49,906 nt of DNA from Opitutaceae bacterium. GTDB lineage: Bacteria > Verrucomicrobiota > Verrucomicrobiia > Opitutales > Opitutaceae. The notes below the pieces were generated by a model, which made no database searches, was not told the origin of the DNA, and saw only the letters and a list, made by a program, of their open reading frames with translations. Below are positions 8,710 through 16,967 of the stretch, piece after piece. The number at the start of each line of letters is the position of its first letter. Position 1 is the stretch's first letter. Location: assembly GCA_947471115.1 (NCBI GenBank), contig CANIXX010000001.1, forward strand, positions 1 through 49,906, read 5' to 3'. The position numbers and the translations under genes were made by a program.

Positions 8710-8738
8710 AAAAGCCTAACCCATTAGGTTAGGCTTTT
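8710..8738. repeat. TAACC-N5-GGTTA palindrome, copy 1
   Basis: AAAAGCCTAACC-CATTA-GGTTAGGCTTTT, perfect 12-bp arms. Confidence 0.8.
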
Positions 8739-8787
8739 CCTCTGGCGTCCGTCTTGCCTAAGCGCCGGACGGGCGCAGTGCGCTCGG

Positions 8788-10032
8788 TTACAACTTCCAG
8801 GTGATTCCGGCGGAAACCAAGGTGCGCTCAAAGGCGGCTTGGTCGCTGAAGGTTTCGGTCACGTTGGTGCGGATGTTTTTGGCGAATTCTTGCGTCACCG
8901 AGAGCGTCCAGGCGAGCGTGGCGCTGGAGTTCCAGGTGAGGCCGGCGATGCCCGTATAGAGCACGTCGTTTCGATCAGTTGAGCTGCCATCGTAGTCATT
9001 CTTGGCCAGGCGGCCGGTCAGCGTGGCGGTCCACTGGTTGCTGAAGTCGTGTTTCCATCCGAGCTGGTAGGCGGAAGCGAGTACACTCGCGCAGCCAGTG
9101 GAGGATACGACGCGGCCCATGTTGGTTTTGAGTTGGAGTTCGTCGCTGGCGGCGGCCTTCCAAGTGGCGGCCACGTCCTGGTAGAGGCCCTCGAGGCTTT
9201 TGTCGGCGCCTAGATAAGAGGATGTATACACATTCACGGTCCACCCGAGCTGTGCGGCCAGTTTTAGGCTGGGCGTGACTTTGCCGTCCACACCGGCGAG
9301 GACGCGGTTGTACTGGTTGGTGGCGTGGTTGACCGTGGCCGGGGCGGCATCCGTGTCTTGGTAACAATAGCCGCGGCGGTAACCGAGGTAGTAATCGGGG
9401 CCGCCCTTTACGAACGTCCGGCCAAAGTCGGTGCCACCATTGAGGTCGTAGCGGTCGCGGTAGTTTTCGGCGCCGGGCAAGGCGTGGGTCTGCATATCCC
9501 AGTACTGGAGTTTGCCCACGCCGCGCACGAAGTTTTGGCCGAGGTCGTAGCGCACGGCTAGGTCGGTTTTGTTCTGGAACTGGTCGCGGCGTTCCCGCGG
9601 GGCGACGGTAGTGAAGCTGCTTTTGCCGGGAATATTCCCGTAAGCGCAGCCCTGATCCTCGCCCTGAACCTGGGCGAATTCGGTAGCGGCGTTCACGCTG
9701 AGCGCATCGAAGGCGTGCTTATAGCCAGCGGCGAGCTGGTGCTTCACGTTGTCCTCGTCACTGGCGTTCCAGAATCGGTAGCCGGTGGCGGCGTAGCTAG
9801 CGGACGCTCCGCAGCCAAGCTGGGTACCCACCTTGGTGCCCACGGTTGAGACGACCGAGTCGAGCCGACCGAGTGTGCCCTGGTCGACCAGGTACACGTT
9901 GTTGTCGTAGCCGAGTGAGCCGGTGAAGGCGACCTCGACGGGCGAGGACGCTTTAGCCACCGCAGGCGCTGCGGCACAAGCGCAGGGCAGCAGACTTGGG
10001 ATCAGGAGGCACGCAATGAGGTGGGTTTTCAT
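8788..10032 (-). CDS. Outer-membrane beta-barrel protein
   Basis: Signal peptide, GSLGYDNNV N-terminal strand, alternating aromatic strands, C-terminal AGITWKL. Confidence 0.75.
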   Translation of the reverse strand: MKTHLIACLLIPSLLPCACAAAPAVAKASSPVEVAFTGSLGYDNNVYLVDQGTLGRLDSVVSTVGTKVGTQLGCGASASYAATGYRFWNASDEDNVKHQLAAGYKHAFDALSVNAATEFAQVQGEDQGCAYGNIPGKSSFTTVAPRERRDQFQNKTDLAVRYDLGQNFVRGVGKLQYWDMQTHALPGAENYRDRYDLNGGTDFGRTFVKGGPDYYLGYRRGYCYQDTDAAPATVNHATNQYNRVLAGVDGKVTPSLKLAAQLGWTVNVYTSSYLGADKSLEGLYQDVAATWKAAASDELQLKTNMGRVVSSTGCASVLASAYQLGWKHDFSNQWTATLTGRLAKNDYDGSSTDRNDVLYTGIAGLTWNSSATLAWTLSVTQEFAKNIRTNVTETFSDQAAFERTLVSAGITWKL

Positions 10033-10166
10033 GCTCGGGAGAAGCATGAGGCATAATTTATCCGCGTTTGGTGCGGCAATACTATTAGTTTATCTGATTA
10101 TGTGGATGGCGGTAGTGGTGAGTGAGGAGTTTTATGAATTCAGCTCACCCAAAAATGAAACGAGGG

Positions 10167-11498
10167 TTAGGGACTGGGGGTTTTTTGGGGTTCTTTGGGC
10201 AGGGATTTGGTGCTCCACCCGGAGTCGTGCGCGTTAAAAGTGATGGTGTTGCCCTTCTCGAGTTCCTTGAGCCAACGCATGCCGTTGTTTTTAAAATAGG
10301 CGTCGGCCCCTTCGGCCCCGAGGCGCGCCCGGACCTGCTCCCGGGTGGCGGAAGCCAGTTCAGCCAGCGCTTGTTTTTTCTGGGCTGCGGGCAGGTCGGC
10401 TTTGGTCGCAATCTGCTGGGCGGCGGAGGCGGTGGAGTCACGTAACGTGTATAGGCGCGCGGGCGTGTCGGCGGGCAGAGTCAGGCGGCGGGTGGCGGCT
10501 TCGAGTTGCCGCCAGTCGTTGTCCTGCTTGCGAATCGACTCGGCGTAGCGTGCCTCGCCGACGACTGCCTTGATCTGCGCTTGCAGTTGGGCTTCCGCAG
10601 CCTGGCGCGCCTTCCAGTAATTCTGGTCGCGCTCAGCTCCGCCGCCATAGGGGTCGTTGTTCTGAGGATTGTACTGCTCGTCGAAGGCTTTTTGCAGCGG
10701 GAAGATCGTCAGGTATTCTTGTTCGGTGGCGTTTAACGCGGTCATTTTGCCGCGCAACTGTTGTGCGGTGGACGACTGGCGCAGCTCGTAAGCCTGGCGC
10801 TCCGCTGGCGACATCAGGGCCTCCATGTCGCGTTTTTGTTCGGCCTGCAGGTAGCGCAGTTTTTCGCCGTCCGAGGCGAGGCGGAAGCCCTGGGTGTCCT
10901 GCTGCACCTCGTTGATCAACTCCTGGTAATCCTGCTGGATATCCTGGAGTGCCTGGCGCTTTTCGGGGGCGAGAAAGGAGAACTGCTGCGACTGCCAGCG
11001 GTTTTGATTGGCGTCCACTCCCAGCAGGCGTTCGGACTCCTCTTTGACCTCGCGTTGCAACCGACGGGCTTCGTCGCGCTGGGCTTTGGTGCGGTTGCCA
11101 TTCCAGCCGTTGGCCGAGTTGCGGTCGTCTTTCCACCAAGCCTGATTGGTCTCAGATTCGGAAGGCTGGGGGTTGAGGGCTTTGAAACGCGACTCGTACT
11201 TTTTCCAGATGCGCACCTGAACGATGGCGCGAACCATCTCGTCCGATAAACCCGAGGCACGCAGCAGGTCGCGGAGGGCCTCGGGGTTGTCGTCCGCGAA
11301 AATGGCGGCGGCAGCAGGCGAAAGCCGGGCTTCACCGTTGGCGGTGACCGCAGCGGAGGAGTGAGCTGTTCCTAGCGGGCGCTTTGGGGTGATTTGCTCG
11401 TTTGGTGGGGCTTCAGTGGGCGACGAGTTCCAGTTAACCGTGAGCAAAGCGGCGTTGGCGACCAGCGACGCGGCAAGGAGTAGGGGAAGCGCTTTCAT
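10167..11498 (-). CDS. Hypothetical alpha-helical exported/membrane-anchored protein
   Basis: 443-aa ORF with host-like codon usage; hydrophobic N-terminus MKALPLLLAASLVANAAL; Q/E/R-rich helices. Confidence 0.7.
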   Translation of the reverse strand: MKALPLLLAASLVANAALLTVNWNSSPTEAPPNEQITPKRPLGTAHSSAAVTANGEARLSPAAAAIFADDNPEALRDLLRASGLSDEMVRAIVQVRIWKKYESRFKALNPQPSESETNQAWWKDDRNSANGWNGNRTKAQRDEARRLQREVKEESERLLGVDANQNRWQSQQFSFLAPEKRQALQDIQQDYQELINEVQQDTQGFRLASDGEKLRYLQAEQKRDMEALMSPAERQAYELRQSSTAQQLRGKMTALNATEQEYLTIFPLQKAFDEQYNPQNNDPYGGGAERDQNYWKARQAAEAQLQAQIKAVVGEARYAESIRKQDNDWRQLEAATRRLTLPADTPARLYTLRDSTASAAQQIATKADLPAAQKKQALAELASATREQVRARLGAEGADAYFKNNGMRWLKELEKGNTITFNAHDSGWSTKSLPKEPQKTPSP

Positions 11499-11637
11499 GA
11501 GGGCGGAATGGGGTGGGGCGGTGGGGTGGTAATGAGTTGCACCACGCCGCGCTTTGACCGCAATCCCTTTAGAGGGCGCAACATTCACGTGCTTTGCCCC
11601 ATCGCGAGCATTTCAAATGAAAATGTAGCCGGCTGAA

Positions 11638-11693
11638 GTAGCGCAGACTTCCAGTCGGCTTATCAGAAAAGTGGGCGTAGAAGCCTGCGCTAC
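11638..11693. repeat. GTAGCGCAG-type REP doublet
   Basis: GTAGCGCAGACTTC ... GAAGCCTGCGCTAC inverted pair; related arm at 19376-19397. Confidence 0.6.
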
Positions 11694-11729
11694 GTCGAGC
11701 CGATCCCGTGGCTGCGCGGACGTTGCCAA

Positions 11730-12209
11730 CTATCGCCCCAGCCCGACGAGCACGGCACGGAGTTGGGCTGCGTGATCCTTGGTGTCCACTTTGGCGATCA
11801 CGGCCAGAACGGTGCCGTCGGTGGCGAACACATACGCGGCGCGGGCAGGGCCCTGGTAGGTTTTTCCATACATGGACTTTTCCACGATGGAGTTGGTCGC
11901 CCTCGCGAAGGCATCGGTCGGGTCGCTCGCCAGGGTGTAGGCGAGGCCCTTTTTCGCGGCGTACTTCAGGTGCGAGCCGCAGGTGTCGCGGCTGAGCGCG
12001 ATCAGTTGGTAGCCAAGGGCGGCGAACTCGGCGGCATGCTCCCCGAGCGACTCGGTCTGGCGGTCGCACGAGGGCGTGTTGTTCTTCATGAAGACCGACA
12101 CGATTGTCGGCCCGGTTAGCAGGTCGCGGAAAACGATCTCGCTGGCCACGCCGCCGCGCACGACAGACAGCGTGAAATCGGAAAGGAGTTTCTGGCCAAC
12201 GGCGATCAT
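11730..12209 (-). CDS. Peroxiredoxin, BCP/PrxQ-like
   Basis: NTPSCDRQ (TPxC), YTLASDP, EKSMYGKTYQGPARAAYVF. Confidence 0.85.
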   Translation of the reverse strand: MIAVGQKLLSDFTLSVVRGGVASEIVFRDLLTGPTIVSVFMKNNTPSCDRQTESLGEHAAEFAALGYQLIALSRDTCGSHLKYAAKKGLAYTLASDPTDAFARATNSIVEKSMYGKTYQGPARAAYVFATDGTVLAVIAKVDTKDHAAQLRAVLVGLGR

Positions 12210-12282
12210 GGTCTTATGTGTGTGTGGTCGTAACGCTCCGCGCGGGTGACGGTTACGTTGTTCCGCTTTCCGCCAAGGCTCC

Positions 12283-12654
12283 TCAGATGTGCTTGGAGTC
12301 GGCCTCGTCTTTTTTGACGTAGCCGGATTCCTGGCGCTGGTGGTTAACGGCGTTTTTCTTGAGGTAGGCTTGGTAAACGTCCTCGGAGGTCATGCCGAGG
12401 GTTTGCGCGAGCGAAACGAGGAAGTGGAATAAATCGACGACCTCAACCTTGGCGTTTTGCTCGTCGAATTTCTGGTATTTGGCCCACCATTTCCATGGAA
12501 CGCTGTCGATCAACTCGGCGGTTTCCTGCTGCATGGCGCGGGTGTAGTTGAGGATCCACTTGGTTTTCTCCTCTTCGGTGGCCGGCGGCAGGGTGACGCC
12601 GATGCGCGCGTTGAGGGCCTCTTGCATGCGGAAAATTTCTTCGAGCTTGTCCAT
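12283..12654 (-). CDS. All-alpha (dimeric-type) dUTPase
   Basis: QETAELIDSVPWKWW, KVEVVDLFHFLVS, YLKKNAVNHQRQESGY. Confidence 0.85.
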   Translation of the reverse strand: MDKLEEIFRMQEALNARIGVTLPPATEEEKTKWILNYTRAMQQETAELIDSVPWKWWAKYQKFDEQNAKVEVVDLFHFLVSLAQTLGMTSEDVYQAYLKKNAVNHQRQESGYVKKDEADSKHI

Positions 12655-12896
12655 GGGCGGAGGTTTGGCGGTGCTGGGGCCGAGATTCAAGAGACAAGTG
12701 AGCGTCGGGGCCATTCCGCCCGAGAGACCAAGGGCGGGCGTGGGCGGGAAATTAGCTGTTGCGCCAAGGCAACGGTTAGGTGACGGTCAATGGGTTGTTA
12801 CCTGAGTTGAGCGCTCACGCGCCCCGCGATAACACGTCCCTTGCAGCTCCCGCCCTACGCGGTGAGCGCGAGTTTAACCCACAGATAAACAAAGAC

Positions 12897-14156
12897 ATGT
12901 CAGATAATACCACGTCCGGCACCACGCCCTCCGGGGCTCCTGCCGAGAACGCTGGCGCACCCGCTGCGCCCGTAGCCGATTGGGGTGCCGATGTCGGCGC
13001 CAACCGCGGCTCGGGTCTCGCGCGCGGTAAACGCGTCACGCCCCAGGCCGCTCCGGCCTCCGCCAGCAACCCTGCCGCCACCGGCACCTACCAACCCTCC
13101 GCCGTGCAAGTGCTTAAGGCGGAGACGGAATACCAGAACCCGTTCGCTTCGGCCGACGTGGCTCCTGTCAGTGCTGCTCCTGTCGTCGCCCCGGTCCTGG
13201 CCGCCGCGATTCCTGTTGCGCCAGTGGTTGTTAGCAAACCCGCGGAGGCTCCGGCCACCGCTGTTATTACTCCCGCTCCCGCCGTCAAGGCCGAGCTCAA
13301 TATACTCCCACCTGCCGAAGTGAAGCGTCCCGCCCAAAGCTGGGAGTCCAAGCCTGCCTTCCCTTACGAGGGTAAGGCCGCTGCGGCCTCCACTGGCTCG
13401 GCCCCAAAGCCCGCCGGTCAGCGCACCGAGTCGCCGCTTGAGGCGGAACGCCCTGTATTCCGTCCGGTGCGTCGCAGCGAAGTGCCCATGCTCGAGCGTG
13501 CGCCTGATGCTAGCGGCAAGCCATTGCCTCGTGAAGATTTCCATAACCCTGGAAATCGCCAAGGGCGTGGCGGCCAAGGTCGCGGGGGCCAAGGGCGTGG
13601 CGGCCAACGCGGTGGTGGTCAAGGTCAGGGCAACCGTGCGCAGTCGCGTGACGGTGGTCCGCGCCAGCCGCGCGATCAGCGTGGTCCGATTGCTCCCGGC
13701 GCTCCAGCTTCGGGTTCAGCCCCGCTCGCCGGTGGCCAATCGCAGCCTGTTTCCGGCAAGAAGCCCAGCGGGCTGTTCGGCTGGGTCAAAGGCCTTTTCG
13801 GCACCGCGCCTGAGCCCGGCAAGCCATCCCTCTCCGGTGCCCAGCCCCAACAGGCTCAGCCCGGTGAAGGCGGCCCCGATGGCAACCGTCGTCGTCGTCG
13901 CCGCGGTGGTCGCGGTCGCTCCGGCGGCGGTCAAGGGGGCCCGCAAGGCCCCAATCCTAACCAGCAGGGCCATGGCCAGGGTCAACCTGCCCACGGTCAT
14001 GGCGGCGGCGAACACCGTCCGCAGGGCCAAGGCGGCGGTCGTCGTCGCGGCGGTCGCGGCCGTGGGCGGTCCGGCGGCGGTCAAGGCGGCCCGAGTGCTC
14101 CGGGCGGTGGCCATCGTCACGATGGCGGCGGCTCTGGCATTCCGCCCTCCGCTTAA
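12897..14156 (+). CDS. Low-complexity disordered protein with Pro/Ala-rich and RGG/poly-Arg segments
   Basis: ATG at 12897; GRGGQ x3, GLFGWVKGLFG, NRRRRRRGGRGR; followed by a terminator-like hairpin. Confidence 0.7.
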   Translation: MSDNTTSGTTPSGAPAENAGAPAAPVADWGADVGANRGSGLARGKRVTPQAAPASASNPAATGTYQPSAVQVLKAETEYQNPFASADVAPVSAAPVVAPVLAAAIPVAPVVVSKPAEAPATAVITPAPAVKAELNILPPAEVKRPAQSWESKPAFPYEGKAAAASTGSAPKPAGQRTESPLEAERPVFRPVRRSEVPMLERAPDASGKPLPREDFHNPGNRQGRGGQGRGGQGRGGQRGGGQGQGNRAQSRDGGPRQPRDQRGPIAPGAPASGSAPLAGGQSQPVSGKKPSGLFGWVKGLFGTAPEPGKPSLSGAQPQQAQPGEGGPDGNRRRRRRGGRGRSGGGQGGPQGPNPNQQGHGQGQPAHGHGGGEHRPQGQGGGRRRGGRGRGRSGGGQGGPSAPGGGHRHDGGGSGIPPSA

Positions 14157-14200
14157 GCCGAGTTAAACCTTGCCAAGGGCTCACTGCCCCCGCGCATGTT

Positions 14201-14233
14201 AAAGGCGTCCGTTTTACCTCGGACGCCTTTTTT
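14201..14233 (+). terminator. Rho-independent terminator
   Basis: AAAGGCGTCCG-N8-CGGACGCCTTT-TTT. Confidence 0.75.
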
Positions 14234-14328
14234 GTGTCCGTATTCTTGGGCTCATCGAGTCGGCATGCGACTCCCCCGCCGTCGACATTCCTTCCTCACT
14301 TTTATCCTCACCTTTTAAACTCACTCAG

Positions 14329-15618
14329 ATGTCCGATCTCATCGTTCACGGCGGCAAGCCTCTCACTGGCACCATCACCCCTTCGGGTAACAAGAACTCG
14401 GTGCTGCCCATCTTCTGCGCCACATTGCTCACCGACGAGCCCGTGACGTTGCGCAACGTCCCCGATATCACCGATCTCAATAAACTCGTCGCGTTTTTCA
14501 AGTCCCAGGGTTCGCAAATCACCTGGGATCGCGACTTGGGCGAGATGCGCGTTTGCCACGCCACCTTCAGGAGCAACCTTGAAAACGATGAGCTGCCCCA
14601 GGACATGCGTTCGACCGTCCTGCTCTATCCGGCGCTGCTCAACCGCCTGCGTCAAATCGCCATTCAGGCCAACACCAAGGGCTGCTCGCTGGGCGTGCGC
14701 GAAATCGACCCGCACCTTGAAATCCTTTCGGTGCTCGGTGCGATTGTGAACGAGGGCGACCCGCTGGTCATCGCCTTGCCCAAGGGTTTTAAGGGCGCGC
14801 GCCACTGGTGTGATTACATGTCGGTTACGGTGACCGAAAACTTCGCCATGGCCGCCGCACTCGCCGACGGCGAATCCACTCTGATCAACGCCGCCAGCGA
14901 GCCCCACGTGCAGGACCTATGCGCGGCGCTCGTCGCCATGGGCGCGAAGATCGAGGGGCTTGGCACCTCCATGCTCAAGATCTCCGGCGTGGAAAAACTC
15001 CACGGCGCCGACATCACCATTAACAGCGACTACCACGAGATCGTGACCTTCCTGGCCCTCGGTGCCATCACCGGTGGCGAGGTCCGCGTGACCAAGGCCC
15101 TGCCGCACCACTTCGACCTGATTAGCCGAGCCTTCAAAAAACTCGGCGTCGTCATCGAACACGAGGGCGACACCGTGGTGGTGCGCCGCGGGCAGAAGCT
15201 GGTTATCGAGACGCCGTTCACCACCAATTTGCTGCCAAAAATCGAGGCCGCCCCGTGGCCGTATTTCTCGGTCGATTTGCTCCCGCTGATGATCGCCCTG
15301 AGCACACGCTGCGACGGCACGATTCATTTCTGGAACAAGGTCTACGAAAACGGTTTTTCGTGGATTCCTGAGCTGGCCAAGTTCGGCGCGCACGCACTGG
15401 TGAGCGACCCGCACCGGCTCGTGGTTTTTGGCAACCGCCCGCTGCGCCCGGCCACGGTGGAATCGCCCTACATTATCCGTGCGGCGGTGGCGCTCTACAT
15501 GGTGGCGGCGGCGATCCCCGGCGAGTCGGTGGTGCGTCATGCCGAGATCATCAAACGCGCCCACCCTCGCTTCGTGGAAAACCTCCGCACCCTCGGCGCC
15601 GAAGTGGAGTGGAAGTAA
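14329..15618 (+). CDS. murA: UDP-N-acetylglucosamine 1-carboxyvinyltransferase
   Basis: SGNKNSVLP, GCSLGVREIDPH (catalytic Cys), SVTVTEN, NAASEPHV. Confidence 0.93.
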   Translation: MSDLIVHGGKPLTGTITPSGNKNSVLPIFCATLLTDEPVTLRNVPDITDLNKLVAFFKSQGSQITWDRDLGEMRVCHATFRSNLENDELPQDMRSTVLLYPALLNRLRQIAIQANTKGCSLGVREIDPHLEILSVLGAIVNEGDPLVIALPKGFKGARHWCDYMSVTVTENFAMAAALADGESTLINAASEPHVQDLCAALVAMGAKIEGLGTSMLKISGVEKLHGADITINSDYHEIVTFLALGAITGGEVRVTKALPHHFDLISRAFKKLGVVIEHEGDTVVVRRGQKLVIETPFTTNLLPKIEAAPWPYFSVDLLPLMIALSTRCDGTIHFWNKVYENGFSWIPELAKFGAHALVSDPHRLVVFGNRPLRPATVESPYIIRAAVALYMVAAAIPGESVVRHAEIIKRAHPRFVENLRTLGAEVEWK

Positions 15619-15627
15619 ACGAATCGA

Positions 15628-15713
15628 GCGTTTTGCCCACGGAATACACAGAACACACCGAAACCCCATCCACGTTCTCTTTCTTCTGTGTATTCCGCGT
15701 GTTCCGTGGGCAA
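15628..15713. mobile_element. Empty (non-coding) copy of the GxxExxY-flanking inverted-repeat element
   Basis: GCCCACGGAATACACAGAACACACCGAAA ... TTCTTCTGTGTATTCCGCGTGTTCCGTGGGC; arms match 22460-22490 and 22869-22899. Confidence 0.7.
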
Positions 15714-15743
15714 TAATTCCGTCCTGTCTTAATCATCCCCCGT

Positions 15744-16805
15744 ATGCCTCCCGCTGCTCCCGATTCATCAAAAGACAAAGGCCTCGGTTACCTTGCCTCG
15801 ACGCTCGCCTCGCCCGTCTCCTCCGCCGAGGCCGCGCTGCGCCCGCTTTCCTTTTCTGACTTCACCGGTCAGCCCAAAACCGTCGAGCGCCTGCAGGTCA
15901 TGGTCGGTGCCGCTAAACGTCGCGGCGACCCGCTCAATCATATCCTGCTCTCCGGCCCGCCCGGCTTGGGCAAAACCACGCTCTCGTTCATTCTCGGCCA
16001 TGAGATGGGCCGCAACGTCCGCGTAACTTCCGGTCCCGTGGTTGAAAAAGCAGGCGACCTCGCCGGTCTGCTCACCAGTTTGGAAGAGGGCGACTTGTTG
16101 TTCATCGACGAGATCCACCGCATCCCCAAGACGGTCGAGGAATACCTCTACAGCGCGATGGAGGACTTCCGCATCGACATCATGATCGACCAAGGTCCCA
16201 ACGCCCGCAGCGTGCGCCTTTCGATTCCGCGTTTTACCCTGATCGGCGCGACCACCCGCGCCGGCCTGCTCACCGCCCCGCTGCGCTCGCGTTTCACCCT
16301 TCAGACACGCCTCGAATATTATGACGTGACCACGCTCATGGGCATCGTGATTCGTAGCTGCGGACTGCTCAACGTGGCTATCGACGAGGGCGGCGCTCGC
16401 GAGATCGCCGCCCGTTCGCGCGGCACTCCCCGCATTGCAAATAATTTGATCAACTTCTGCCGCGATTACGCGCAGGAGCGGGCCAAGGGAAACATCACCC
16501 GCCAAACCGCCGCCGCCGCCTTGGAGCTGCTGGAAATCGACGCGGCCGGGCTCGACGAAATGGACAAACGCGTCCTGCGCGTAATGGCAGAAAACTACAA
16601 AGGCGGCCCGGTTGGGCTGGGCACCATTGCGGTGGCCGTGGGCGAAGAAGCCGAGACGCTGGAGGAGGTTCACGAACCGTTTCTCATTCAGGAAGGTTAC
16701 CTGCAACGCACTCCCCAGGGCCGTATGTTGACCGCCAAAGGCTACCTCGCCATCGGCTTGAAAACTGCAGTCGGCAGCGGCGGCGACCAAGGCTCTCTGC
16801 TGTAG
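15744..16805 (+). CDS. ruvB: Holliday junction branch migration helicase RuvB
   Basis: LRPLSFSDFTGQ, GPPGLGKTT, FIDEIHR, GATTRAGLLTAPLRSRF, RTPQGR. Confidence 0.97.
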   Translation: MPPAAPDSSKDKGLGYLASTLASPVSSAEAALRPLSFSDFTGQPKTVERLQVMVGAAKRRGDPLNHILLSGPPGLGKTTLSFILGHEMGRNVRVTSGPVVEKAGDLAGLLTSLEEGDLLFIDEIHRIPKTVEEYLYSAMEDFRIDIMIDQGPNARSVRLSIPRFTLIGATTRAGLLTAPLRSRFTLQTRLEYYDVTTLMGIVIRSCGLLNVAIDEGGAREIAARSRGTPRIANNLINFCRDYAQERAKGNITRQTAAAALELLEIDAAGLDEMDKRVLRVMAENYKGGPVGLGTIAVAVGEEAETLEEVHEPFLIQEGYLQRTPQGRMLTAKGYLAIGLKTAVGSGGDQGSLL

Positions 16806-16856
16806 TTTGTCACTGCGGCTCCACGTTCTCCTCTTTCATCGTCCCTCCCGTGAAGC

Positions 16857-16909
16857 CCCTGCCCGAGTAAAAGCCTAACCGAATAGGTTAGGCTTTTACT
16901 CGGGCAGGG
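16857..16909. repeat. TAACC-N5-GGTTA palindrome, copy 2 (perfect 24-bp arms)
   Basis: CCCTGCCCGAGTAAAAGCCTAACC-GAATA-GGTTAGGCTTTTACTCGGGCAGGG. Confidence 0.85.
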
Positions 16910-16967
16910 CGGTGGCGTTTTTGGAAATGTCGGCTTCTTCTCCAGCTACCCCGGCCCCTTTTTTCGT

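Noticed and set aside
13438-14166. Long alternative-frame and antisense ORFs (also 15768-16790, 17169-18308, 27290-28261, 35001-35993, 43613-44425)
   Set aside because: Shadow ORFs expected from high-GC codon bias over well-supported genes; no motifs
15669-16830. 11-bp direct repeat TCCACGTTCTC on both sides of ruvB
   Set aside because: Short and pyrimidine-rich, flanking a core gene; plausibly chance
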